Assembly: GCA_038227105.1 (NCBI GenBank)
Contig: JBBRQB010000005.1
Coordinates: 1 to 61,705 of the forward strand
DNA from: Candidatus Limnocylindria bacterium
GTDB lineage: Bacteria; Chloroflexota; Limnocylindria; P2-11E
Length of the DNA: 61,705 nt
Direction: 5' to 3'
Each line of letters opens with the position of its first letter. Position 1 is the first letter of the stretch. Shown piece by piece: positions 27,673 to 38,287 of the stretch. A program made the translations under genes and the position numbers. The notes under the pieces were generated by a model. The model ran no database searches, was not told where the DNA came from, and saw only the letters and a list, made by a program, of their open reading frames with translations.

Positions 27673-28934
27673 ACGGACTGTGCCGCGACGGGCTCGGGAG
27701 CCGACGCGACGGGCAGGCCGCGCCAGAGCGCGCGCACGGAGAACAGTCCCAGCGGCACGAGCGCGAGCCCGGCGATGCACGCGGCGGTGACTCCGAAGGT
27801 CGCGGCGATCGCGCCGGCCGCCAGCGCCGCGAACGGACGGTTGCCGAGATGGGCCATCTGGTGGATCGACATGAGCCGTCCGCGGATCGCATCCGGCACC
27901 TCGGTCTGCAGCGCTCCGGTCACGATCGGGAAGCAGAACGAGAAGCCGACGCCGATCGCGCCGACGCCGATGACGGCAATGGGGAGGGTCGTCGCCGCGC
28001 TCGTGACGGCGAGCCCGACACCCTGGGTCACGAGCCCGACAGCAGGGAGGGCCCGCGAAAGGTCGCGGCGGCGAAGGGGAATGAACGCCACCAGCCCGAG
28101 CGCCGATCCGGTGCTCAGCGCCGCGACGATCAGGCCGGTGTCCGTGCTCGGCAGGCCCAACCGCTGTGCGACGAGCATCGGCGCGGTCGTCCGGATGACC
28201 TCCAGCATCGCACTCGTGGAGACGACCGCGAGCAACGCTGACACGACCCACGGCTGCGAGCGCACATAGGCGCCGAGACTCAAGGCGGCGATAGCGGAAC
28301 CCGCGCGTGCGAGCTCGCGCGTGACACCACGGCCGAGCCCCCGGCGGTAGAGATACGCCATCGCGACGATCGGCCCGACGAACGTCGCGGAATTGATCGC
28401 GAAGGCCCACGCGTATCCGCCCGTCGTGAGGACCACGGTGGTGATGATCGGCCCCGCGATCTGCCCGCCGATGAACTGCAGCGTGTTGAGGCCGACGGCC
28501 TCAGCGAGCAGCGCGCGCGGCACGAGGGCCGGGAGGATGGCGATCATCGAGGGCTTCGCGATGGCCCAGGACGTCTGCAAGAGGAAGGCGGCCGCGATGA
28601 CGTGCAGCTCGTTCGCGACGCCCGCCCCGACCGCGACGGCGAGCGCCGACGCGATGAGCAGCGAGACGGCTTGAAGCGCGATGACGATCGCGCGGCGATC
28701 GAAGCGATCGGAGAGGACGCCGCCGGTCACGGAGAAAATGAGGATCGGCAGGAACGTGGCGAAGTTCAGGATCCCGACGGCGAACGCCGAATGGGTCAGG
28801 TCGTACACGTAGACCGAGCCTGCGACGTTCTGGACCCACGTCCCGATGTTCGAACAGAGGCCGCCTGCCCAGTACACCGCGAACGCGCGGTGGCCAAATG
28901 GACCGAGCCGCGACGCGATGGTCCGGCGGCTCAC
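27669..28934 (-). CDS. MFS transporter
   Basis: SNIGTWVQ, GGVLSDRFDRR, PDAIRGR; start uncertain (28934/28940/28985). Confidence 0.88.
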   Translation of the reverse strand: MSRRTIASRLGPFGHRAFAVYWAGGLCSNIGTWVQNVAGSVYVYDLTHSAFAVGILNFATFLPILIFSVTGGVLSDRFDRRAIVIALQAVSLLIASALAVAVGAGVANELHVIAAAFLLQTSWAIAKPSMIAILPALVPRALLAEAVGLNTLQFIGGQIAGPIITTVVLTTGGYAWAFAINSATFVGPIVAMAYLYRRGLGRGVTRELARAGSAIAALSLGAYVRSQPWVVSALLAVVSTSAMLEVIRTTAPMLVAQRLGLPSTDTGLIVAALSTGSALGLVAFIPLRRRDLSRALPAVGLVTQGVGLAVTSAATTLPIAVIGVGAIGVGFSFCFPIVTGALQTEVPDAIRGRLMSIHQMAHLGNRPFAALAAGAIAATFGVTAACIAGLALVPLGLFSVRALWRGLPVASAPEPVAAQSV

Positions 28935-28979
28935 CGCCACGCTGCACCGGTCGTCATCTCGTCTGCCATCCCACCGTTC

Positions 28980-28989
28980 TTGCATACAA
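28980..28989. promoter_or_regulatory. TTGCATACAA candidate GntR operator
   Basis: Near-palindrome in the divergent MFS/gntR promoter. Confidence 0.45.
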
Positions 28990-29054
28990 TCTAGCCGCGT
29001 ACCCGAGAGCGCTCCCTATAGAAAGGAGTGACGGGCACGGGAAGGGGTCGCGAG

Positions 29055-29834
29055 ATGAGCGAGAAGGTCACGCCGATCGGCCAGGCGACGGCCGAATCCC
29101 GCAAAGCCCAGCTCGATCACATCATCGCCACGAACGCGGCCCGCGACCTCACCGCGCAAGACCTCGTCCTGACCTCGATGCGCGAGGCGATCCTGAGCGC
29201 CGCCCTCCCACCCGGCATGCGGCTGCGGCAGGAGAAGCTCGCCGAGCTCTTCGGCACGAGCCGGATCCCGGTGCGCGAAGCGCTGCGCGCGCTCGAGTAC
29301 GAAGGCCTTGTCCGGTCGATGCCGCGACGCGGTTTCGCCGTCACGGAGCTTGACGCCGATGACATCGAGGAGGTGTACGACCTCCGCATCCTGCTCGAGA
29401 GCCACGCCGTGCGGCTCGCGGTCCCCCTTATCACGGATGAGGATCTGAAGGCGCTCGAGGATCTGTATCACACGATGGTCGTCGCGTCGTCAGGTGACGA
29501 GCAGCTCGCCGCCCGCGAGCACTTCTACGCGCGGTTGTTCTCGATCACGGGAAGGCCGAGGCTCGTGGCGCAGATCTCGCGCCTGCGGCAGGAGATCGCG
29601 CGTTCGCTTCGCTGGCCGACCCTGCAGCACGCGCCTGAGCACCACGAGCGCTTCCTCGAAGCGATCCGAGCGGGGGACGCCGACGGCGCGGCCGCGCAGC
29701 TCGCGAGCCACTACCGGCGGGTCGCCATCCTCATCCGGCGCTACCTCCGGGACGCATCGGCCAAGGACCGCCTGACCATGGCGACGGCCGACGTGATCAC
29801 CAACACCCAGGTCAAACGACGGAAGGCCAAGTGA
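29055..29834 (+). CDS. GntR family regulator (FCD domain)
   Basis: LPPGMRLRQEKLAELFGTSRIPVREAL wHTH. Confidence 0.92.
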   Translation: MSEKVTPIGQATAESRKAQLDHIIATNAARDLTAQDLVLTSMREAILSAALPPGMRLRQEKLAELFGTSRIPVREALRALEYEGLVRSMPRRGFAVTELDADDIEEVYDLRILLESHAVRLAVPLITDEDLKALEDLYHTMVVASSGDEQLAAREHFYARLFSITGRPRLVAQISRLRQEIARSLRWPTLQHAPEHHERFLEAIRAGDADGAAAQLASHYRRVAILIRRYLRDASAKDRLTMATADVITNTQVKRRKAK

Positions 29835-29848
29835 AAGAAGGAGGCAAC

Positions 29849-30610
29849 ATGCGACTCAGCGGGAAGACGATCATCGTCAGCGGCGCCGCTCACGGGATCG
29901 GCCGTGCCTATAGCGAGAAGCTTGCCTCCGAAGGTGCGAATGTCGCACTCCTCGACATCGACGCGGCACGCAACGAGGAGGTCGCTGCCGGCATCAGGAA
30001 GAGCGGGTGCAAGGCGATCGCGATCGAGACCGACGTTCGTGACTTCGACGCGTTCAAGCGCGCCGCCGACCGGACCGCGAAGGAGTTCGGTGCCGTGAAC
30101 GGGATCGTGAACAACGCCGGGATGCTGAACGTTGTCCCGATCACGCGCTGCAACTTCGAGGACATTCCCGACGCCGAGTGGGACGAGTCCTTCCGCCTGA
30201 ACACGAAGGCCGCGTGGTACGGCTGCAAGGCCGTGCTCCCCCACCTCAAGGCTGCGGGCGGCGGCAGCATCGTGAACATCGCATCGAGCACCGTGTTCCG
30301 CGGCGTGCCCACCCGTGCGCACTACGTCGCCGCGAAGAGCGCGCTCGTCGGCTTCGGCCGCACGCTCGCGAAGGAGCTCGGCCCGTACTGGATCCGGGTG
30401 AACACAGTGTGCCCGGGCAGCACCCTCAGCGAGGAGAACCCCGACGCCGAGACGATCGCGATGCGCGAGGCACCGGTGAAGGTCCGGTGCCTGCCGCGTG
30501 TCGAGAAGCCCGCCGACCTCGTCGGCACGATCGCGTTCCTCATGTCCGACGACAGCGCGTTCATGACCGGCCAGGTGATGCTGGTGGACGGTGGGAGCGC
30601 CTTCAACTAG
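29849..30610 (+). CDS. Short-chain dehydrogenase/reductase
   Basis: SGAAHGIG, NNAG, YVAAK; GGAGG RBS. Confidence 0.93.
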   Translation: MRLSGKTIIVSGAAHGIGRAYSEKLASEGANVALLDIDAARNEEVAAGIRKSGCKAIAIETDVRDFDAFKRAADRTAKEFGAVNGIVNNAGMLNVVPITRCNFEDIPDAEWDESFRLNTKAAWYGCKAVLPHLKAAGGGSIVNIASSTVFRGVPTRAHYVAAKSALVGFGRTLAKELGPYWIRVNTVCPGSTLSEENPDAETIAMREAPVKVRCLPRVEKPADLVGTIAFLMSDDSAFMTGQVMLVDGGSAFN

Positions 30611-31600
30611 CTAGATGGTCGCGGTCGCGAGCTTGTCCTTGTCGACGATCTTGTCGTACCCGCTCCAGAGCGCCTCGTAGAAGAAGCGGACCCCGAACTC
30701 GATGCGCAGGGTGCGCGTGCGGGCATCGGAGCCATTGAAGTGCTCATGCACGGTCTGGCGCGGCGGCACGTGCACGGCGTCGCCGGCCTCCCAGTCGTAC
30801 CGCTTGCCGTCGATCTCCGAATAGCCCTGACCCTCGAGCACATACAGCATCGCCTCGGTGTGCGAATGCCGGTGGCTGCCGGAGTGCGGCGCCTCCTCGA
30901 AGATGTTCGTCATCGAGACGGCCTTCGCTCGGAAGCCGTTCGTCTCGTCACTCGGGCTCTCGCTCCCGCCCATCAGGATCCAGATGCCGGCATGACGGTG
31001 CGCGCTCTTCTGCTCGCCCTTCGGGTGCGCGTGGCCTGAGAGCCGGCGGGCCTTCTCGTCGATCGCGTCCTCCAGGTGGAGGGCGATGCGGCGGCCATCG
31101 ACTCCGAGCTGCGACGCCTCCGCCGGGTACCGCTTTGCGAGCTCGCCGCGGTCGGGGCCTTTGTCTTCGAGCTGCACGAGGCGGCCGAGCTTCACGTCGA
31201 AGTCGAGGTCTTGGGTCACAGCGGAGATGTACGTCGCCGGTTCGCTGCCGGTGTTCACGTGCTGGTGCTCCGCGCGGTACTGGATGTGGAGGGTCGTTCC
31301 CGGCTTCCAGTCGTAACGCGCGCCGTCGATGACGCTGAAGCCCGAGCCCGACGTGATGTGGATCGCCTCTTCGCCGTGCATGTGCTTCCCGGTCCGGGAC
31401 CCCGCCGGGATCTCGGCGGTCAGGAGGGCGGTGCCCTGGGTCGGGAAGCCGCTCGCCTCGCCGATGAGCATGGCCACCCGGAAGTCCTGCGGCGTCTCGA
31501 TCCACGTGAGGTCCCTGCCACGAGCGATGACCGGCGGCGCGACCAGCCGCTCCTCGAGCCGCTTGCTCTCAGCGAGCCAGGCGCGATAGAAGTCGCTCAT
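30611..31600 (-). CDS. Bicupin metalloprotein 3
   Basis: HMHGEE...EHQH and HSHTE...HEH; GGAGG RBS. Confidence 0.85.
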   Translation of the reverse strand: MSDFYRAWLAESKRLEERLVAPPVIARGRDLTWIETPQDFRVAMLIGEASGFPTQGTALLTAEIPAGSRTGKHMHGEEAIHITSGSGFSVIDGARYDWKPGTTLHIQYRAEHQHVNTGSEPATYISAVTQDLDFDVKLGRLVQLEDKGPDRGELAKRYPAEASQLGVDGRRIALHLEDAIDEKARRLSGHAHPKGEQKSAHRHAGIWILMGGSESPSDETNGFRAKAVSMTNIFEEAPHSGSHRHSHTEAMLYVLEGQGYSEIDGKRYDWEAGDAVHVPPRQTVHEHFNGSDARTRTLRIEFGVRFFYEALWSGYDKIVDKDKLATATI

Positions 31601-31636
31601 TTCATCCTCCGTGCGTCGGTAGGGCCACGGCCCGAT

Positions 31637-31651
31637 GGTATCCCGTATACC
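31637..31651. promoter_or_regulatory. Operator GGTAT-N5-ATACC
   Basis: Palindrome upstream of bicupin 3; same core as 12810 and 32951. Confidence 0.55.
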
Positions 31652-31712
31652 GACGCTCAGAGCGCGGGCGCGCCGAGTAACGCGACTCCGTGATCTCGAG
31701 CTGATCCATCAG

Positions 31713-32945
31713 TTACCGCGGTGCGTTGTGCCGGCGCGCCAGACCAGACTCGGCCCGGGTCGCCGGACTCGAGAGCGCGACCGCCAGCCAGGCAGCGAGG
31801 CTGAGCGCGGCGATGAGCTGGAACATCACCGGGATGCCGACGACGCTCGCAAGTGCACCGCCGAGCGTTGGACCGATGATCGCACCGATATCGAGGCCGG
31901 AGTTGTAGACGCCCGAGGCGAGACCGACGTCGCGGCCCTCGCTGCGGAGCTCGGCGATCGTCGCCGCGCTCGTCGCCCGCAGGATGCCGCGGGTCAGCCC
32001 GAGCACGATGAAGATCGGGATGAGCACCGCGAGCGAGGTGGAGACCGGCAGGCTGAACGTCGCGATAGCCGCGGCAACGATCGTGACCAGGGTCACCCTC
32101 CGGTAGTCGACCGCGCGAAGCAGGAGCACGCTGGTCGAGCGGATGAACAGCGCGGCGCCGCTCTTGAACGCACGGAGCACGCCGACGATGGCGAGCGAGA
32201 CGCCGATGGCCGGCGCGAACACCGGAAAGAACGTGTCCGTGGCATCCGACAGGACGTTCAGATAGAGGACGATGACGAAAGCGAGCCAGACCCGACGGTC
32301 CAGGTTCCCCGCGGCCGCGAGCAGCCCGCGCAACCCGCGGCCGCGGTCGACCGGGATGGGCGGGCCCTCGATCGCGGGGAGCGCGAGGACCGCGGCCGCA
32401 CCCGCCAGTGGCAGGAGGCCGCTGAGCCCGAGCGTCGCCGGGATGCCGATCACGTCCGCGAGCGAGCCGCCGACGACCGATCCGATCGCGTAGCCGAGCG
32501 AGATCGCCGCCGTGTACCAGGCCATCGAGCTGCCGGCCCTACGGCCGCCGGTGATGTCGATCGCGATCGCGAGGCCGAGGGTCCCGATGCTGCCGAAGGC
32601 GAAGCCGACGATGCCGCTGAGCACGATGACCGCGATGGGTTGACCGCTCGCGAACCCGAAGGCGGACAGCGCCGCGCCGAACACGGCGAGCGCGAGCGCG
32701 AACTGCCGTTTCGCGCGCTCGGCGCGGTACGCGAGGCCAACGGGCACGCGCGATGCGAGCTGCGTCGCGGCGAACAGCGAGGTGAGCACGCCGATGAGCG
32801 ACAGGCTGTAGCCGTACCCCGCGAGGTACGGCGGGTACACGATCTCCTCGGTCCCTTTCGCGGTCGTGACCGCGCACGCAACGACGAGGAGCACGACGAA
32901 GGGGCGCCGGAGGGTCATCTGGAAGGCCCGGCCATCTTTGACCAC
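31713..32945 (-). CDS. MFS transporter
   Basis: About 12 hydrophobic helices; DIGAIIGPTLGG; start may be the downstream ATG (MTLRRP). Confidence 0.82.
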   Translation of the reverse strand: MVKDGRAFQMTLRRPFVVLLVVACAVTTAKGTEEIVYPPYLAGYGYSLSLIGVLTSLFAATQLASRVPVGLAYRAERAKRQFALALAVFGAALSAFGFASGQPIAVIVLSGIVGFAFGSIGTLGLAIAIDITGGRRAGSSMAWYTAAISLGYAIGSVVGGSLADVIGIPATLGLSGLLPLAGAAAVLALPAIEGPPIPVDRGRGLRGLLAAAGNLDRRVWLAFVIVLYLNVLSDATDTFFPVFAPAIGVSLAIVGVLRAFKSGAALFIRSTSVLLLRAVDYRRVTLVTIVAAAIATFSLPVSTSLAVLIPIFIVLGLTRGILRATSAATIAELRSEGRDVGLASGVYNSGLDIGAIIGPTLGGALASVVGIPVMFQLIAALSLAAWLAVALSSPATRAESGLARRHNAPR

Positions 32946-32950
32946 GCTTT

Positions 32951-32963
32951 GTATACCGAATAC
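32951..32963. promoter_or_regulatory. Operator GTAT-N5-ATAC
   Basis: In the divergent promoter of the MFS gene and gntR (33006). Confidence 0.55.
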
Positions 32964-33005
32964 CGTTAGCCCGCAGTTGGCCGGAGATCCGGCGCGAGCT
33001 CAGCA

Positions 33006-33713
33006 ATGACCGGGAGGACGACGATGCCGCACAACAGCGCCGCCAATCCACCCGGGGGCCTGCCCGCCCAGCTCGACCGGCCGGACGTTCGGAGCATTGA
33101 GGAGGTCGTGACCACCGCGCTGCGCGACGCGATCCTCTCCGGCGAGCTCCGTCCCGGCGAGCGCCTGCTCCAGGAGCAGCTCGCCGACCAGCTCCGCGTC
33201 AGCCGGATCCCCCTTCGCGACGCGCTCCGCCGGCTCGAGGCCGAGGGCCTCGTCCGCATCGGCCCGCGGCGCGGCGCGGAGGTCGCATCGCTCAGCCGCG
33301 CGGATGTGACCGAGGTCTACGACCTGCGGATCGCGCTCGAGCCTGAGCTGATGCGGCACGCGGTCAGTGCGCTCGAGCCCGCCGACATCAAGCGCCTCGT
33401 CGACATGTCAGAGCAGATGGACCAGAGCAGCGACGAGCCGGCCGAGGGCCGGCGAGCGCGCCGCCGCTTCTATAGCGAGCTCTACGCGTACGCCGACAAG
33501 CCGCGGACGCACAAGCTGCTCCTCGGACTGCGCGACGACGTCCAGCGCTACCACGTCATGAAGAACAGCGAGCGAGCGCTGCACGATCACGCCGAGCTCC
33601 GAGAGTGCATCCGGGTCAAGGATGCCGACCGTGCCGGGCAGGTCCACAGCGAGCACCTCCGACGCGCCTGCGCCGATCTCGTCGACGCACTCGAGCGTGA
33701 AGGAGCGGCATGA
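33006..33713 (+). CDS. GntR family regulator (FCD domain)
   Basis: LRPGERLLQEQLADQLRVSRIPLRDAL; start may be ATG 33024. Confidence 0.92.
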   Translation: MTGRTTMPHNSAANPPGGLPAQLDRPDVRSIEEVVTTALRDAILSGELRPGERLLQEQLADQLRVSRIPLRDALRRLEAEGLVRIGPRRGAEVASLSRADVTEVYDLRIALEPELMRHAVSALEPADIKRLVDMSEQMDQSSDEPAEGRRARRRFYSELYAYADKPRTHKLLLGLRDDVQRYHVMKNSERALHDHAELRECIRVKDADRAGQVHSEHLRRACADLVDALEREGAA

Positions 33714-34666
33714 AGACCGAACGGGTCGGGTTCTTTAGCGGCGGCGCACGGCTGAGCGGGTTCCTGCACCGGCCGGATGCTCCGGGCACGGCGCGATCGC
33801 CGTTCATCGTCCAGGGCCCCGGGTGGCTCGGCCTCGCGGACGCGAAGCTCTACCAGCCGTACCACGAAGCGTTCACGAGCGCGGGCTTCGCGGTGCTCAT
33901 CTTCGACTACCGCGGATTCGGTGAGAGCGAAGGCGACCGCGGCACCCTCTCGCCGGCCTGGCAGCTCGAGGACTGGCGCAGCGCGCTCTCATACATGCGG
34001 TCCCGCGACGACATGGATCCGACTCGAGCCGCGATCTTCGGGAGCGGCGGCACCGGTGGCGGCAACGCCATCCTGGTGGCCGCGTACGAGCCCGACGTGC
34101 GCGCCACGATCAGCCAGGTGCCGGTGGCCGATGGCCGTGACTGGCTGCACCGCATGCGGCAGGAACATGAGTGGATCGCGTTCCTCGCGAGCGTCGAGGC
34201 CGATCGTCGCGCGCGCGCCGCTAGCGGGACGGGCACGATCGTGCATCCCCGCGAAGGGATCATGGTCGAGACGCCCGAGCGGCGCGCGAGCGCCGTGAAG
34301 GCGGACGTCGACTCACGCATTCCGAGCGCCGTGCCGCTCAGTGTCGCGACCGGCATCCTCGAGTACCGGCCGCTGGACGTCGCGGCGAAGGTCCGGGGAT
34401 TGATGGTCATCGGGGTGGCCGACGACGCCGTGACGCCGACCGACCATGCCGAGCAGCTCTACGACGCGGCACGCGCCCCGAAGCGCCTGGTGCTGCAGCG
34501 CAACACCACGCATTACGCCGCATACAAGCAGTACGCGGGCCAGGTCATCCCGATGATGGTCGAGTGGCTTCGTGCCCTCGTGCTGCGGGAGGACGACATC
34601 GAGATCCGCCAAGGGACCGCACAGGAGGAGACCGTGACATTCATCGGAGGGTCGGCCACAGCATGA
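33710..34666 (+). CDS. Alpha/beta hydrolase fold protein with atypical nucleophile elbow
   Basis: FDYRGFGESEG, FGSGGTGGG, DDAVTP, THY. Confidence 0.82.
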   Translation: MKTERVGFFSGGARLSGFLHRPDAPGTARSPFIVQGPGWLGLADAKLYQPYHEAFTSAGFAVLIFDYRGFGESEGDRGTLSPAWQLEDWRSALSYMRSRDDMDPTRAAIFGSGGTGGGNAILVAAYEPDVRATISQVPVADGRDWLHRMRQEHEWIAFLASVEADRRARAASGTGTIVHPREGIMVETPERRASAVKADVDSRIPSAVPLSVATGILEYRPLDVAAKVRGLMVIGVADDAVTPTDHAEQLYDAARAPKRLVLQRNTTHYAAYKQYAGQVIPMMVEWLRALVLREDDIEIRQGTAQEETVTFIGGSATA

Positions 34667-36039
34667 CGAACGACATCGTGATCCGCGGCGCGACGGTGGT
34701 ATTCGAGGACGGCGTGCGCCGCGCGGACCTGTCCATCAGCGGTGGAAAGTTCGCCGCGATCGACGAGGCCGGCAAGGCGCCAAGGGGAACGCGCGAGATC
34801 AAGGCGGAGGACCTGGTCGCGCTTCCCGGTCTCATCGACATGCACTCGCACCATCGCGAGCCCGGTTTCACCCACAAGGAGGACCTCGCGCATATGGGCG
34901 CGCAGTGCGCCGCCGGTGGTGTGACCGTGTCGGTCGCGATGCCGAACGTGAGCCCGGCGCCGACCAACCTCGCGGACCTCGACGGCATGATCGAGATCTA
35001 CAAGCAGCGCGCCCAGACCGACTGGAATGTCAACGCGTCCGGCGTGCAGCTGGACGAGATCCCGAAGATGGCCGCGCGCGGCATCCTCGCGTTCAAGATC
35101 TTCATGGTGGTCGACACCGGCCGCTCATACCCGCATATGCCGGGCATCGGCCTCCACGAGCACGGCGAGCTGTACCAGCGCATGAAGGCGGTCAAGGCCA
35201 CCGGGCTTCCGCTGATGATCCATCCGCACGACCAGTCCCTTATGGACGCGATCGAGAAGGAGTACTGGGCCCGGGGCGAGCGAGACTTCCGCGCATACGC
35301 GAAGGCCTACGCCCACGACGACGGCGTCATCTGGGACAGCGCCGTGGCGACGCTGCTCCGCCTCCAGGAGGCGACCGGCGTCCGGCTGCACCTTCTGCAC
35401 ACACAGACGAAGCGTGTGGTCGAGATGCTCCGCGCGGCCAAGGCCGCGGGCCACGCCGTCTCGTCCGAGGTCAACCCGTGGTGCTTCTGGCTCGACAACG
35501 ACTGGGCCAACATCGAGCGGCTCGGCTCGTACGCGCTTTCCTACTACGTCGCGCCGCATCACTCGGCGGCCGTGTACGAGGGCTTCAAGGACGGGACCGT
35601 CGACATCATGGCGACCGACCACGCGCCACACCTCCGCGAGGAGAAGGAGCCCGGCTGGACCGACGGCTGGAAGGCGCACACCGGGACACCCTCGGAGCAG
35701 TACTACCTCTCGCTCCTCCTGACCGATGTCGCGGCGGGCAAGCTCACCTGGGAGCGCGTTGCCGACGCGACCGCGACGCGGCCGGCGAAGCTCTTCGGCC
35801 TGTACCCCAAAAAGGGCGCGATCCGGGTCGGCGCGGACGCCGACGTCGTCCTGGTCGATCCAAAGAAGCACAAGACCATCACCGATGAGGACGTGCTCAG
35901 CAAGTGCGGCTGGACCCCGTACGCCGGCATGAAGGTGCAGGGCGTGCCGGTGTTCACGTTCCTCCGCGGCGAGGCGATCCTCGATGACGGCACGCTCAAT
36001 CTGAAGGACGGCTTCGGAAAGCAGGCGGTGCGCGCATGA
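34663..36039 (+). CDS. Dihydroorotase/allantoinase-family cyclic amidohydrolase
   Basis: [32 protein letters not shown]. Confidence 0.9.
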   Translation: MTNDIVIRGATVVFEDGVRRADLSISGGKFAAIDEAGKAPRGTREIKAEDLVALPGLIDMHSHHREPGFTHKEDLAHMGAQCAAGGVTVSVAMPNVSPAPTNLADLDGMIEIYKQRAQTDWNVNASGVQLDEIPKMAARGILAFKIFMVVDTGRSYPHMPGIGLHEHGELYQRMKAVKATGLPLMIHPHDQSLMDAIEKEYWARGERDFRAYAKAYAHDDGVIWDSAVATLLRLQEATGVRLHLLHTQTKRVVEMLRAAKAAGHAVSSEVNPWCFWLDNDWANIERLGSYALSYYVAPHHSAAVYEGFKDGTVDIMATDHAPHLREEKEPGWTDGWKAHTGTPSEQYYLSLLLTDVAAGKLTWERVADATATRPAKLFGLYPKKGAIRVGADADVVLVDPKKHKTITDEDVLSKCGWTPYAGMKVQGVPVFTFLRGEAILDDGTLNLKDGFGKQAVRA

Positions 36040-37040
36040 TCAAGCTCGGCTACAAGGCTTCGGCGGAGCAGTTCGCGCCACGCGCGCTCCTCGACTTCTC
36101 GATCGCGGCCGAGGCCAAGGGCTTCGACAGCGTCGTGGTGAGCGATCACTTCCAGCCGTGGCGCCACACCGATGGCCACGCGCCGTTCTCGTTCGCCTGG
36201 CTCGCCGCCCTCGGCGAGCACACGAAACGCGTGACACTCGGCACGAGCGTCGTGACGCCGACCTTCCGCTACAACCCGGCTGTCGTCGCCCAGGCGATGG
36301 CGACCCTTGCAGCGCTGAGTCCCGATCGGGTCATGCTCGGTGTCGGGACCGGCGAGTCGCTCAACGAGGTACCGGTGCTCGGCATCGAGTGGCCCGACTT
36401 CAAGGAGCGCTTCGGCAGGCTCAAGGAAGCGATCGAGATCATGCGCAAGCTCTGGACCGAGGAGCGCGTCACGTTCGACGGCGAGTACTTCCACCTGCGC
36501 AACGCGACCGTCTACGACCGCCCGGAGCGTCCGATCCCCCTCTTCGTCGCCGCGTCCGGCGAATCCGCAGCCCGCCTCGCGGGCCGGGTCGCCGACGGCT
36601 TCATCTGCACGAGCGGCAAAGGCGCGGACCTCTACACCGGGACACTCCTGCCTGCGGTCGCGGAGGCCGCCGCGAAGGCGAAACGCGATGGGGCGAAGAT
36701 CGAAAAGATGATCGAGATGAAAGTCTCGTTCGACACCGACAAGCAACGTGCGCTCGAGGACACCCGCCACTGGGCGGCACTCGCGCTGCCGGCCGAGGAC
36801 AAGCACGGTGTCGACGATCCGCTGGAGATGGAGCGGCGCTCGGCTGCGCTGCCGATCGAAAAGATCGCCAGCCGGTGGCTCGTCTCGAGCGATCCCGAAG
36901 AGCACGTTGAACAGATCGCGACCTACGTGGGGTACGGGTTCGACCACCTCGTCTTCCACGCGCCCGGTCCCGACCAACTGCGGTTCCTCGAGCTGTACGG
37001 CACGGAGATCCTCCCGCGGCTCCGGAAGCGGTTCGCCTGA
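36036..37040 (+). CDS. fgd: F420-dependent glucose-6-phosphate dehydrogenase
   Basis: [44 protein letters not shown]. Confidence 0.93.
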   Translation: MIKLGYKASAEQFAPRALLDFSIAAEAKGFDSVVVSDHFQPWRHTDGHAPFSFAWLAALGEHTKRVTLGTSVVTPTFRYNPAVVAQAMATLAALSPDRVMLGVGTGESLNEVPVLGIEWPDFKERFGRLKEAIEIMRKLWTEERVTFDGEYFHLRNATVYDRPERPIPLFVAASGESAARLAGRVADGFICTSGKGADLYTGTLLPAVAEAAAKAKRDGAKIEKMIEMKVSFDTDKQRALEDTRHWAALALPAEDKHGVDDPLEMERRSAALPIEKIASRWLVSSDPEEHVEQIATYVGYGFDHLVFHAPGPDQLRFLELYGTEILPRLRKRFA

Positions 37041-37060
37041 GCGGGCGACCCGCGATCCGC

Positions 37061-37702
37061 GTGTTCGCGACGGCCGACGAGCTCGCGCGCGCGGCGGCCG
37101 GCGAGATCGCTGCCGCGATCCGCGGGAGCGACGCGCTCCGCTTCGCGCTCACCGGTGGCACGACGCCACGCGCCTGCTACGCGTATCTCGCCGGCCTGCA
37201 GCTCCCCTGGGGCCGCGTCACCATCTTCTTCGGCGACGAGCGCTGCGTGCCGCCATTCGACGCCGACAGCAACTTTGCGATGGCCCAGCAAGCCCTCCTG
37301 CAACACGCGGCGCCGGCATCGGTGCACCGGATCGCCGGCGAGCTCGGACCAAAGGATGCGGCGGCACGGTACGAGCCGCTCGTCGCCGCGGCGCCCCTCG
37401 ACCTCGTGCTCCTGGGTATCGGACCTGACGGGCACACCGCCTCGCTGTTCCCTCACGATCCCGCGCTCTCCGCGACGACCCACGTCGCGCCGGTGTTCGG
37501 TTCACCGAAGCCTCCACCGGAGCGTGTCACCCTCACCCTCCGGACCCTTCGCGAAGCGCGGCGCGTGATCATGCTCGTATCCGGGAAGGACAAGGCCGAC
37601 GCGGTCCGGCGCGCCCTCGCCGGCGAGGGCCCCGCCGGGATGATCCCCGGGGCTGAATGGCTCTTGACCCGCGACGCCGCTCCGGAGAGAGAGGGGTCCT
37701 AG
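37061..37702 (+). CDS. pgl: 6-phosphogluconolactonase
   Basis: LTGGTTP, FGDERCVP, DSNF, GIGPDGHTASLFP. Confidence 0.92.
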   Translation: MFATADELARAAAGEIAAAIRGSDALRFALTGGTTPRACYAYLAGLQLPWGRVTIFFGDERCVPPFDADSNFAMAQQALLQHAAPASVHRIAGELGPKDAAARYEPLVAAAPLDLVLLGIGPDGHTASLFPHDPALSATTHVAPVFGSPKPPPERVTLTLRTLREARRVIMLVSGKDKADAVRRALAGEGPAGMIPGAEWLLTRDAAPEREGS

Positions 37703-38283
37703 CGCTTCGGTCCGCTCCACCGCTCGAAGAGCTCGTGCTCGATGCCGAGCTGGTCGAGGGCCTTCCCCACGCTGTGGTCGACGATGTCCTCGACGGTCTT
37801 GGGTAGGACGTAGAACCCCGGAACCGGCGGCAGGATCACAGCACCGTACAGCGCGAGCTCGTGCATCGACTTGAGGTGACCCGCGTGCAGCGGTGTTTCC
37901 CGGACCATGAGCACGAGCGGTCGCCGCTCCTTCAGATGCACGTCCGCGGCGCGGACGATGAGATTGTCATTGAGCGAGTGCGCGATCGAGCTCATCGTCC
38001 GGATGCTGCATGGCACGACGAGCATCCCGCTCGTCTGGAACGTCCCGCTCGCCGGGCCTGCGGCGAGGTCGTTCTCCTCGTACAGGACGTCCGCCAGCTT
38101 CGCGACGTCGGCGACGCTCCGATCGGTCTCGTACTCGATCGTCGCCCGCGCGCCCTTCGAAATGATCGCGTGCACCGCGATGCCCGGGGTCGCGCTGAGC
38201 ACCTCGAGCGCGCGAACACCGTAGATCGCACCGGAGGCGCCAGAGAGCGCGACGACGATCCGGCGGGTCACGGTCTGGGGCAC
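37699..38283 (-). CDS. ubiX: Flavin prenyltransferase
   Basis: SGASGAIYG, ASGTF, VPCS, RAADV..KERR, RETP; start GTG 38283 or 38271. Confidence 0.92.
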   Translation of the reverse strand: MPQTVTRRIVVALSGASGAIYGVRALEVLSATPGIAVHAIISKGARATIEYETDRSVADVAKLADVLYEENDLAAGPASGTFQTSGMLVVPCSIRTMSSIAHSLNDNLIVRAADVHLKERRPLVLMVRETPLHAGHLKSMHELALYGAVILPPVPGFYVLPKTVEDIVDHSVGKALDQLGIEHELFERWSGPKR

Positions 38284-38287
38284 CGCT

